From Camelus dromedarius (lineage: Eukaryota): DNA of 64,000 bases. Below are positions 1 through 10,869 of the stretch, one piece after another. Under the pieces are notes generated by a model, which was not told the origin of the DNA, did not search any database, and saw only the letters and a program-made list of their open reading frames with translations. Both the position numbers and the translations under genes were made by a program. The stretch lies in assembly GCF_036321535.1 (NCBI RefSeq), contig NC_087436.1:92630001-92694000 (forward strand), read 5' to 3'. Position 1 is the stretch's first letter; each line of letters opens with the position of its first letter.

Positions 1-336
1 TCTCAGTCAGCTCGACCTGCTGTAACAGAATGCCACAGACCAGGGAGCTTATAGACAGCAGCAATTTATGTCTCATAGTTCTGGAAGCTGGGAAGTCCCA
101 GTCAAGGAGCTGGGGGATTCGGAGTCCGCTGAGAGCAGACTTCCTGGTTCACGGATGGCCATCGTCCCCCCGTGAAAGAGCCTTCCCGGTGTCTTTCATA
201 AGGGCACTAATCCCATCCATGGGGGCTCCACCCTTGTGACCTAATCATCTCCTAAATACCCCACCTCCAATATGATCACATTGGAGATCAGGATTCAACA
301 TACGAATTTTGGAGGGATACGTTTCCGTCTGTGGCA
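1..336 (-). mobile_element. MaLR LTR, MLT1A/MLT1A0-like
   Basis: Blocks 'ctgctgtaacagaatgccacagac...tctcatagttctggaagctgggaagtcc' and 'ataagggcactaatcccatccatgggggctccaccct..gacctaatca...caacatacgaattttggaggga' match the recalled MLT1A reverse consensus. Confidence 0.8.
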
Positions 337-339
337 CCG

Positions 340-640
340 TCATGAGGAGTTTGAACTTTATCCTAAGGGCAGTGAGGAGCCGTTCAAGGGTTGTAAGCAG
401 TGGTTGTCCCCCATGAGCCTTGTTCAGACTATCTAGGGTAAATCTACTTTCCTATCAGACCCAACTGATACTGCTGCCTTAACTTAGGTAGTGGTGGTGG
501 AACAGACAGAAGGAAATCCCCAGGGAGATACTTTGGGAATGAACTTGACAGCAGAACTTGGACGCGGCAGGGACAGGGAGGGAAGGGCAAGTAGGAAAAG
601 GCTGTGGGCGACAGCTAGATTTTTAGCCTCAACCCCTGGG
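340..640 (-). mobile_element. L2 fragment (old, degraded)
   Basis: 'gaggagtttgaactttatcctaagggcagtgaggagcc..caagggttgtaagcag' is a typical L2 ORF2-region segment. Confidence 0.55.
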
Positions 641-3324
641 TGGATGGGGATTATCTTGGTGCTGCTTCTTAGTGCTGGTGGATTTAGGACAAACCACAAT
701 GAGAGTGACCCTAACTTGAACATTGGTAAAAATTGCTTTTTGCTGGCATATTTCAGTCACTTTTAAAACATACAGTTCAATGACTCACTTCGCTTAAGAG
801 TCGGTAACTCTCCAGGCCTATTTAAAAGGTTTCTGAAAACATCTGTCCTCGATTAAATAGCAGATACCATTCACAGACCATGTCTGTTTTCAAGGGTTTC
901 AGAGCAGTAATTAATCAGGCAAATGAAAAAGCACAGACCTCATCTTTTTATCCAATTAGAGAAACCTCTGTAAGTCTAGGGCACCAAACTGTTTGGTTTT
1001 GTTGAAATGCACTGTGATGAGTGACTGGTTTTATATCTTGGAAAATATCAATATTTACTTGAAACTTACAGCTAAATTAAAGAAAAACAGAATTTATTAG
1101 TTAACTGTCACAGGATATATGGCGACTGCTATTGGATGGCTACCGCAGGGCACCAGGAATGAGAAGAGGGACACCCAAGCCCCGTGCCTCCCTCCAGCCA
1201 GGGCCACTTCGGTTCCTCCCTGGGGTTTTGCCTTTCTGTCCCCCATCCATCATCCACGCCTGATGGGCTTGTCCGCCTCTCCACCTTTACCCACCGGCCC
1301 ATCAGTCCTCCTCCCTCCAGTTCCATCTGCCCCTCACTACCTTAAAGATGTCGCTCCAAATACCAGTCCCAGGAAATCCTGCCAGAGGGCCACCACGGAG
1401 TTCCCTTCCTTTACTCAGCAGAAGGGAGAGCTATTCTCACACCAAATGGCCGGGTAATTAAATCGCTGTAGCCTAACAAAGTCAACTGTAGGCTAACAGT
1501 GGCCCTATTTCCCCACTGAATCCCATAAGGCACCAAAGACTCACCGCAGCCTCGTCCTGGGAGGGGTGGGGGACCCCTGTGAGCACAAGGAGACGGAGGC
1601 CCTTAGCGCTGGCTGGCGTCGGAACCAGAACCCGCCCTCCAGATTCCCAGTCTAAAGTTCTTTCCGTTCAGTTCTCAGATGAGAAGCTGACTGGGTCTGT
1701 ACTTTTTGGTCATTCATCTACCTCCATCTCAGCCAGACAAGTCTGTCACGGAGGAATTCCAGGGAGTAAAATGAAGTACAAACAAAAAAGCACCATAACC
1801 ACCTGAAGTAAAAGTTGTCTGTAGTAGGTAGAATAAAACTATACTGAAGGAGGCAACTAATCTCAAAATTAAAAAAAAAAAAAAATTAAAAACACCCACA
1901 CGTACAAATTCCACTTCCTTTCCTACTATAAAAGCAGAACATGCTTATTGAGAAGGATAGAAAAGAAAATTAAAATAACCCATAATCACATCACCCACAG
2001 ACTTGTTAGCATTTTACTGTTATTTCCTCCAAGTTTTCTTAATCTACACAAGACCAAAAAAAAATTTAATATCAGATATAAAAGAGAAAAGTAACTTTAA
2101 TTTTGAAAATCCCAAACATATTAAAAAGAATGCTATATATACACTCAAAAAGTTACAAAATAAAATAACAGAAAAGAGAGAGAGCATCTGAGAGTCAGAC
2201 ATGGGTAAACTGGTTTTCTGTGAAGGAAGGAAAAGAAAGTACTTGCTAATTTGTGGCTACTCATATGCGATTCTGTAAAAATGCCCTTTAAGCCTCAGGG
2301 TGGTCGTTCTGACATGGGCTGTCTGGTCATTACTTTGCGTATTCCCAGGGCCTTGGGATCTTCTGGAAAGCAGCCAGGGACCCCAGCCGATAGGCAGCCG
2401 ACGGCCTTTTCTGATGGCCCAATGCCAGGGGACAATTACCCACTCCCTGGTCTCCCTCTGGTGCCCTGCAGATCTCAAGCTGGGTTCAGAGGAGCAGACA
2501 GGCTCAATGGGAGGCCAAAGAGGGCACTGGTTTTCTGTGTTCTCATCTCTAAAGACATGACTGAAGAAACAAGCCGCCACATCCATCATCCGCAACACTG
2601 AAAAGAGACCCCTCTACTGAGTTGTAAGTGTGGGCCAGGTCCCGGGCAAGTGTACTGTAAATCCAAAAACAGAGGGCCCCCAGGCTGGAGGTGGGGTGTC
2701 ACATTAACACAGATGCCCAGAGTTTTCTGATCACCGGCTCATGTAGGAATTCAGCACCCCCTACTCCAGGGCTCCCCAAGAGTAGGGGTGGGACGCTCAC
2801 CTGTGCTCAGGAGCCGTGCCAGTTTCCCTGATGAGGGGGCAACCTGGGGTAAGGGCTAAGAGCAGTGGCTCTGGTTTCTGGTGGCCTGGATTCAAGTACA
2901 GGTTTCCCCTGCTCTCCAAAAGCAGAGTGTTCCTATGAATCTTTTCTGATGCCGAAATGGTGTAAAGAAAAGAAACAATTATCTTAGGACACATCTTGCT
3001 AATGGATGCACAAAACCAACCGAGATAAAGCGCAGATGCTCACAGACACAGCTCAGAGCTATGGTGATGATGCTGAGATGCTGAGTGTGGGTCCCGGGGA
3101 AGGAGGCTGGCGGTGCCACCCTCTGCGGGGGGTGCACGGCCTCTATAACTGCTCAGTGCAAGGCAAACACTCAACAGTATTTTCATTTTTGACTTTTATT
3201 CTTATAAGCAAAAATTCTCTTCAGATGTCTTGGTCAGTGAAAACTGGTACTAATGTAAGTTTTTCGTAAAAGCGAAGTGGCATAAAGCAAACTTTCAAAA
3301 ATCCAGGGAGACCTCAACCAGTTA

Positions 3325-3480
3325 CTCTCTGTCACCTTGGAGGAAGTTATTTGATCCCTCTTTGCCTGTTTCCCATCTGTATCACCCCAACAGGGATGAT
3401 AAAAGTACCTGAGGTTGTTGTCACAGGATTGCTGTGACCATTGAAAGTGATCATGTATGTAAAGTGTTGGCAGATCACGA
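3325..3480 (+). mobile_element. MIR SINE fragment
   Basis: MIR core 'ctgtcaccttgg..aagttattt...cctgtttcccatctgta...gggatgataaaagtacct...atgtatgtaaagtg'. Confidence 0.65.
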
Positions 3481-3995
3481 GAGCCTGTGGCCGCCAGCTG
3501 TAACGGTATTTAAAAGGCACCCCCTCCACCCCCCACACACACTCACTCCTTGTTCCCCTCTCCAGCGTGCACATACACACACACACACAGGTCTCTGAAC
3601 TTCATAAGAATGCTTGTCTCCCAGGCACAGCCCTCTTCCATCAGGCACCCTGGGAGCCAGGATAGAAAGCTGCAGTATGGAAGCGGCGTGGGCCGGGGGA
3701 TGTCCTCTGGGCCCTAAAACAGCCCTCCTTCTGCCTAGAGTTACGCAGTCATTCACTTACTTAATCAGGTCCCTCAGCTGTTTGCTCACTCTTTCTACTG
3801 GATCTCAAACAAGTGGGCACGAGGCCCTCTCTCACATGGCTCCTCTGAGAGCCCCTCCACGTGAATTAGACAAATCACCCCTCCCAGAAGCCGACACAGC
3901 CCCGTGTCCGGGCATGGATTTCCACCCCACCTGCCCCTTCAGCCAGGCCCTTGTTACAGCGAACACCTTCACTTTGTGGCCTGAAAGGGAAGACG

Positions 3996-4019
3996 GTGCC
4001 CGTGCCCGTGCCCGTGCCC
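3996..4019. repeat. (GTGCCC)4 hexamer tandem repeat
   Basis: Directly visible: gtgcccgtgcccgtgcccgtgccc. Confidence 0.9.
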
Positions 4020-5459
4020 TCCCCACCCCCTGCCCCTTCATTCTCTTCTCCCTTCTCCCCGGACCCACAGCCTACCTCAAACCACGCCTCCCCTTTCCCT
4101 GAGCCCCCTTCTGAAACAACAAAAGCTTTAATGCATATCAGCTCATGCAAATGGATGTTTGGGTGGGAGTAAGGGATACCACTTACACACTGGAATTATC
4201 TAGAATGTCAGTTACGACCCAGCCAGTTTACCCTATTAATATATATTCTCTCGTTTAATCCACCTGGCACCCTCATGCGTAACTTTGTTATTATCTCCAC
4301 CTCACAGATGAGGCCAGAGAGATTAAGTGACCTAGCAAATGTCACACAGCGGTAAGCAGCAGGGCTATCTCATCCAGGCATCACCACCAGTCAGAGATGT
4401 CCTAGCTGACACAATCCACCCTCCCGATGGTTAAAACAAGAGCTACTCAAGAGCAATCAGATATTAAGATGTAATCAGATAGTGTCAAAGCATAGCCACA
4501 CAAAGAGTTCTGTGAAGTAAATCAGATATGAATCAATACATTTATCAAAAGTGATCAGCGTGTGATTAGGATGAGTAATCTAATCAATCAAGTATTAATA
4601 CACATTAGCATTTTCAACATCTAATCACAGAGCACATAATCAAAATATAATGGCAGCAGGAATAATAAGTCAGTCTTCAAAGTTTCTCATCTAAAAATCC
4701 AACATGCTTCTCCAGCTAGAGCCAGATTCAAACTATAATGAATCTAGCGGGAACCACGTGGAATCCTGCCCTGATCCCACAAAGGTCCCGCTAATTAGGG
4801 TGCCTACAGTTTATACTTTAAATCTGAGAGTGAATGAGGACTTAATAATTACATCTTGCCAGGTTCCAGGCAAACACGAATATATGAACACCCTACTTGT
4901 AATCAGCTCTGGTCCGTTCCGTTTAATTTAACCCTTCCCAAGTTCTAAAAAATAATCATTAAGCCCACATTTTTTTTGCAGAGCTGAAGCTAGATATTAG
5001 AAATATAACAGCCAGCAAAACGTCATTCCCGGCCCCATATCACCTACAAGGAAAGACGGACAGGTAGATATTAGGAAATTAAGCTGTAGTGCAGTAAACT
5101 CTACAGTGGGGCCAAAACAGAACACTATGGAAGCATAGATAGAGAGAATCATTACACTTACTTATTGCCACCCCAAAATGCAGGGGCTTAAAACGACCGC
5201 TGTTTTATTACAGCTCATGACTTTGTGGCTTGCAAATGTCGGCAGGGCTTAGTTGGGTGATTCTGTTAATCGTGGCATCACCACTGACCCTTGTTCTCTC
5301 CCAGCCTTCTCCTCCTCCCCTTCTGTCCCCCCCCTTCCTTCCTTTCAAGTTCTTATAGTGACTGTTCCCTTTTAGATACACCACCCTGAATACGCAGTGC
5401 TAAACTAACTAAAATCAAGCCGATCTTCCTACAGCTTAGCCTTACTGGCCGGTGCAGTG

Positions 5460-5770
5460 CTGGGCTGGATCTCAAATGCCAGTCACCCGCACACCACCTT
5501 AACAATTTTTCCCACATTTCTGAACCACCAGTATTTTTTTTCTTTAACTTCAGCTTTGTTTCAGCCTCATTCTAAACAGACACATCAGTGAAATCACAGA
5601 TTTGGTGTGCATGTGGTATTTTTTTATTTAGTAGACATTAAAATAAAAATATTTATAAAGCTTATGATACCACAAAATAAATACGTTGAAGGTGTGTGTT
5701 AGCATCCTCCTTGAACTCGCCTCACTTACCACAGTGGGTACGTGTACCATACTTGGAGACATGCTGCTAA
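5460..5770. mobile_element. hAT-Charlie-type MITE (MER112/MER113-like)
   Basis: AT-rich body ending 'accacagtgggtacgtgtaccatacttggagacatgctg', resembling Charlie-type termini; family uncertain. Confidence 0.4.
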
Positions 5771-6165
5771 GAGAGATTTCTTTAGGCATGGAAGGCACAA
5801 TCGTTGCAGGCACAAAGCTTTACATCTGCTGAGAGATAAGAGGAGAGGAAGATTTCACAGGCAATGGATGGATGGTGAACAAGGCAGACTGTAATTAAAT
5901 CCCAAAGCGTGTGGCCAAGGCAGAGGAGAAAATGAGAGGTCAGAGAAACAGAGAAGCCAGTGGGGGAGAGAGGCTGCCTGGAGAGGAAGGATTAAACCAC
6001 ACTGAATAGACTGATTTGGAGGTGATACTTAAAACCCTCCAAAGGCCCCACAAAGCTGCAGGACAAAAGGCAAACTTCTCAGCGCACCCATCCCATCGGG
6101 AGTGGCTTCTGTCTGTCCTGCAGTCTAACATCCAGGAATTCTCCTAAATAATCTTTTTTTTTTTC

Positions 6166-6185
6166 GGGTGGCCCTGAAAAGGGCT
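6166..6185 (-). other. Histone 3' stem-loop plus ACCC end motif of the H4 retrocopy
   Basis: Minus strand reads aaAGCCCTTTTCAGGGCC-ACCC-g-A11; the consensus is GGYYCTTTTMAGRGCC-ACCCA (first stem G altered). Confidence 0.92.
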
Positions 6186-6235
6186 TTAACTTTATTATAG
6201 GGGAAAAGAAAAAAAGCTTGCAAACAAAGTGAGGC

Positions 6236-6551
6236 TTAGTCACTGAAGCCATAGAGGGTGCATTCCTGGTGCTTTAGCGCATAGACCACGTCCATGGCCA
6301 TGACCGTCTTGCACTTGGCGTGCTTGGTGTAGGTGACGGCGACCTGGACCACGTTCTCCAGGAGCACCTTCAGCACCCCGTGGGTCTCCTCGTAGATGAG
6401 GCCGGAGATGCGCTTGATGCCACTGCAACGAGCTAGACGATGGACGGCAAGCTTGGTGATGCCCTGGATATTGTCGCGCAGACAGAGCCTTGCGGTGGCG
6501 CTTAGCACCTCCCTCTCCTAGCCCCTTGCCACCCTTGCCACCTCCAGACAT
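6236..6551 (-). pseudogene. H4: Histone H4 processed pseudogene (frameshifted CDS)
   Basis: One frame gives [21 protein letters not shown]; a second frame continues [81 protein letters not shown]. The CDS is 316 nt against 312 for canonical H4, i.e. a 4-nt insertion near 6480-6489. About 20 replacements in a near-invariant protein. Flanked by an A-tail and TSD. Confidence 0.97.
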
Positions 6552-6740
6552 GTGAATAAAAACTAAGAACTGCTGCTGACAGCCTCCTGAATAGTCTCCT
6601 TAACAAGTGTTTGTTGTTCCTCCAATACACCGTCCCCAGTACGTCTGCACTGACTGCTCCTTCTGCCTGGAAAACTCTCCGGCACTTCTGTCTTTTGGCC
6701 AATTTTTATCCAAATTCAGTTCAAATATCCCATCTTCTCT

Positions 6741-6989
6741 CATGATTGCGTGGTAGATTTTACAGCTCCCTTGTGCAAATTAGGAGGTGTTACTTGCTTT
6801 GGGTAGACGCACTCCAGTAGCTGGAGGGCCATGGTATTTGGTGAGCAAATGGCACCTTGTATGCACAAAAATGCAACACTTCCCCAGGTGTACGCAGCCC
6901 TGCGCCAGGGTCCTCGGGCTGAATTTCTGTCCCCTTGGCTTGGCACCCTTGTGCAGTGCACATCCTGCACGACATAAATGGCAGACCTG
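6741..6989 (-). mobile_element. hAT-Tip100 MITE, MER91-like
   Basis: Ends 'cttgtgcagtgcacatcctgcacgacataaatggcagacctg', resembling the reverse of the MER91 start cagggctgccatgtacagttgtgcaggttgtgcactgcacaagg. Confidence 0.6.
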
Positions 6990-7462
6990 CCTTCTCCCCA
7001 CCGCACAACTCAGGCAGAGGTGGCTGCCCTCCCATCTCCATGTTTAATGACTTATTCATGTCCCCCAAGAGACAGTCAACAACTGAAGGCAGCAAGGACC
7101 TCATCTATCTCTGTATTTCCTGCAACTAAAAGAGTGCCTATAAAGTGGAGCAAAATAAATACTTGCTGGGCAAACAGTGATCAATCAACAAGTAAGTACA
7201 CGTTGGAATGACTCAGAAAGCATGAATTCTGACATATTCATGTTGGAACGAATTTGAAATTGGAGTTTTAACTCAGTGCCTTCCCACATTGCCCAATATA
7301 TAAATTGTACCACATTCTTACATAGTGTGGGCAGAAAATACCTCCAAGTGGCCACAGTGTGCAACGAACAACAACGACAAATCTTCACCCAGACAGAGGA
7401 ATGGCCCGTCCCTTCCTTTATTCCAAAAAATAACCAGTTGCTTACAGAAAGGACTATCACTG

Positions 7463-7907
7463 TGTGAAATAAAGACTGTCCCTCGCCATCTGGTTCTACA
7501 AGAATGAAGTCACGAGCTGCCGCAGCCGCTGACCTTCAACACCCCTTGAAAGGAGTTCAGGGTGGAGATCAGGAATGAGGTGCTCTGTGCTCTGGAAACA
7601 ACTGGGTAGAACAGACCTTCAGATAGTTAAATATTTTCAGGAGAAAATTTTATGAGCCCAGATTCTTGCATCTTCTCATACCTAGAAAAGCACTAAAATC
7701 ATAATGGAGACATCTGCTCCTCGTGACTAGCAGCAACCCTCTATGGAGATTGTGCTTGACTGCACGTACCCCCTTCCCCAAAATCACATATATACTGACC
7801 TCCGCCCACCTCTTTGGAGCAGTTCTTTGGAGCTCCTGGAGAGGCTTCTCCTGGGCTATAGTCAGTGAGCCCCGGCTCTCACGTTGTGTGTTTTTTTTCA
7901 GTGGACA
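7463..7907 (+). mobile_element. ERV1-type solo LTR (MER41-like, lineage-specific)
   Basis: TGTGAA...ttcagtggACA termini, TATA-like 'catatatactg', 4-bp flanks actg/cctg. Same termini as the LTR at 9608-10087. Confidence 0.7.
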
Positions 7908-9288
7908 CCTGTTTTGTTCTGTGCTGCACCACTACAGGAAGCATGTGCTACTTGTCCAACAGAACAAATGAGGCAGAGTACACACTCCTTGCCTAGCTCA
8001 TAGTTAAATAATGAGTAGAAGGAGCTGGGTTTAGTAGACCCAACACTGTGATAAAAGCAAAGTTTACATGATGACTCGGATGTGAAGAAAATAATCTCTT
8101 TTGTCACTATAACTGTTCCCTCACATCATGATCTTGAGCCCCTCTCCTATTGGTTGCAGAAAAGAAGCTTAAACTTGCAAATTAAAGATAACGCAATCTC
8201 TTCTCATTTAAAACAAACTCCCTTGATCTAACTCAGTCTCCTCTGAGTAAATAAATACTCACTTGACTCAAAGATTGAATTTCCCCTCAGGTCTATATCC
8301 TTCCTCCAAAGGTCCAACCTGAGTGCCAGACACAGGTCCTATACCCTCCTGACGACCAAGTGCTGTCCCCGCGGTCCTGCCTGCTGCAGTGCGGCTGGTC
8401 GACTCTGGCCGCGTGGGTCCTCATCGAGACCAGTGGGCTCCACCTGAGTATCCTGAGTATCATGTGGTGTGACCCCGACGGCTGCAGGCCCATTCTGACC
8501 CCAGACTCTTCAGCCCTCCACCCCAGCATCCCAGGACTTAGAGATAGCCTGCCTTCTCACATTGACACCTACCTCAGCCACCCTCTAACTACACCCTGAG
8601 TGTCTCCATGAGGCTCCAGCTCCACGTAAAACACAGGGCTCCCCTTAGGGACTGACAAGTTTCCGTGCTATCCCTGAGAGATGAGGAACAAGCACTGCCA
8701 CACTGGGAGCCCACACCTCTCTGGCCCGTATTTATCTCCTCTTACTCTGCCCCTGGGGAGGGGAGCCAGGAACCTCATGTAGAACCTCAGGCTTCTCGCC
8801 TTCCCTCTCACATATTCCTTGTTTGCTCCCTGGCCCCTAGGGCTGGTAGGACTTTCCTCACAGTATTAAGTATCCTAGGTTGTCTCTGTCTTTGGTTTAA
8901 AATAAAACTCTGTTCAGATCACCAATTTGAATGCACTCCCCTTTCTACTCTTGACATGTAAAAGAAGCTTTTGTAATTGACAAATCCCTTTTTTCTCTCA
9001 ACAAAGCCTGCCTTTCATTATGGAATTCAAGATCCTGTTTTAAAGTCAAAGCTGAACGCTGATTCCTTCTTTATTTTGGGGTTCCTACTAGGGTACTTCT
9101 GTATGAATATGCGGGGAGACCCATTCACGGGGATGAGGAGAAGACAGGATATTCATATATTCTAACAAGTAGCGTCTCTGTTGTATCAGCAACTTTGACT
9201 ATTCAAATCGTAAAAGCATCACGATCTGCTGCCTTCTGCCCTTCTGCAACCCTTGCTGAGAAAGAGAGGTCAGGTGAACCTAAACCCC

Positions 9289-10483
9289 TGTTAGATGTGA
9301 TTGGACCAAATCCCTTTCCAGCCAGCTTCTACTAGCTGGTCACTGACTCATCAGAGGTTCTTATGAATACGAACCAAAGACATGGAGATGCGAGCCAGAC
9401 CACATTAAGTACCGGTCCCCAGACATCAGGTAGAGTTAGGACCAAAGTCAGCATCCTGGCAAGATACAACACAGGCACTTGCCCCAGAACCACAAGGAAG
9501 CAGAGGGTAAATGAACATGTGTCCCTGAGACAGGAGGGAAGTGGGCAGGGAATAACCATTAAAAGAATGACACAGCAATTGAGGGAATGACATAAACTGG
9601 TTAGAAGTGTCGACTGAAATAAATGCACAGCCTAAAAGTTGAGAGTTATGTTTTATTTGGCGGGAGGACTCGAGCTGGGATGACAGCCTCTGAGATCGCT
9701 CTGAGGAACTGCTCCAAAGAGGTAGGAGAGGAGCTAGAGTATATAGGAGCTTTACAACAAAACCAGGTAGTTGGAACAATAAAAGATTCCTGCTTAAATA
9801 AAGAAAACCAGGGATCTCAAGTTAAAGAATTTAGTGCTCTTCTGTGTATGGGAGGGAGCAAACATTTGCACTCATTGAATTCATTCCTTTGACAAGCACC
9901 TAGCTATCTAGAGCCAGTGTCCTGTCTTTTCTTATTCTGAGTCCCCTCAGGGTGCACCACTGTGAGTGGCTGCAGAGGCCGGGCTGCAGGCACTTGTCTT
10001 CACTGAGGGGTGGCGGCAGCCCCTGACGACTTGATGGCTTCAGCATTCTTTGTTTACTGATGTGGTTTGCAGCATTTTTCATTCACAGAACCAACTAGTC
10101 CCAAGATGCTGAAAGACTCGACTTCCAGTGGGTCTTGAGCCTCATTATAGGCTCATTGTGATACGTTCACATGCTCAGTGACACACCCACAGGTGCCACG
10201 ACAGTTCCCAGGCTGCCCAAAAAAGCCCAAAAAGCGGGCAGGAGCACCAACTCCTGGAAATCCTCAGCCCTTCCCCAGCACAGCTGGGGTAATCCTCCCA
10301 CTTGTTCGCTTATGAAATTATTCAGCCTGTATAAACTGACCACCCGGCACCCCAGGGCCACTCTCCCTTCTGAGACGGACTGCGTTCTGTCGATGGAAAG
10401 CGTACCTCTCTAAATAAACCTGCTTCCATTTTAATACCCTGTATTCTTTCCTGCGAGAGACAAGAACCTACTCTCTGGTAATA
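9289..10483 (+). mobile_element. ERV1-type solo LTR (outer element, split by a nested LTR at 9608-10087)
   Basis: Starts TGTTAG, ends ctctctggtaata, flanks cccc/tccc. TATA-like 'tgtataaac' and AATAAA in the 3' part. Sequence rejoins as ...taaactggtta-gaac-caactagtcccaagatg across the insert. Confidence 0.7.
9608..10087 (-). mobile_element. ERV1-type solo LTR (MER41-like), nested
   Basis: Minus strand reads TGTGAATG...ttcagtcgACA with TATA ('ctatatactc') and AATAAA; 4-bp flanks gaag/gaac. Confidence 0.75.
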
Positions 10484-10869
10484 TCCCAGGAGCAGCGAAG
10501 CCCAAAGACCACGTGGTCGCAGCAGCTGAGACGGGGCCTGAGTGGCCCTTCTGTGACTTTCCAGGGCCGTGAAGACTGGCTGTACGAACGGTTTTCAAGA
10601 GATTCCCCTCCCCCATACTTTCAACAAAGCTGTGTGGATGAATTCCTGTCCCTTCCTAAGTAAGATCCCAGACTGGGACACCAGAAAAAGACAGGGTGTG
10701 GTAAATGAGTAGAAAGCAAGCTTGTGAAGGTGACACAGACCGTGGAACCCTTTGCTTTACCAAATTATTATTCCCTGAGTCATCCCTCGGGGGCTCCAGG
10801 TTCAGAACTCAAACACCCAGATCCAGGCAGACTGCTTTTCAGAAGCTCAGTGAAGCTCATTATGCTTTC

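Larger units (their letters stand above)
6141..6597 (-). repeat. Target-site duplication flanking the H4 retrocopy (copies at 6141-6154 and 6584-6597)
   Basis: ctcctaaataatct vs ctcctgaatagtct, 12/14 identical; T11 tract at 6154-6164. Confidence 0.85.

Noticed and set aside
6236..6551. Functional H4 variant gene or osteogenic-growth-peptide source
   Set aside because: Frameshift after codon 21, about 20 replacements, C-terminus changed to [14 protein letters not shown], and no histone promoter inside the TSDs.
8330..8500. Locally CpG-rich patch as a CpG island or exon
   Set aside because: Too short for an island, with no convincing splice sites or recognisable peptide.
7463..10087. The two related LTRs as ends of one provirus
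   Set aside because: Opposite orientations, separate TSDs, clearly different internal sequence and no gag/pol/env between them.
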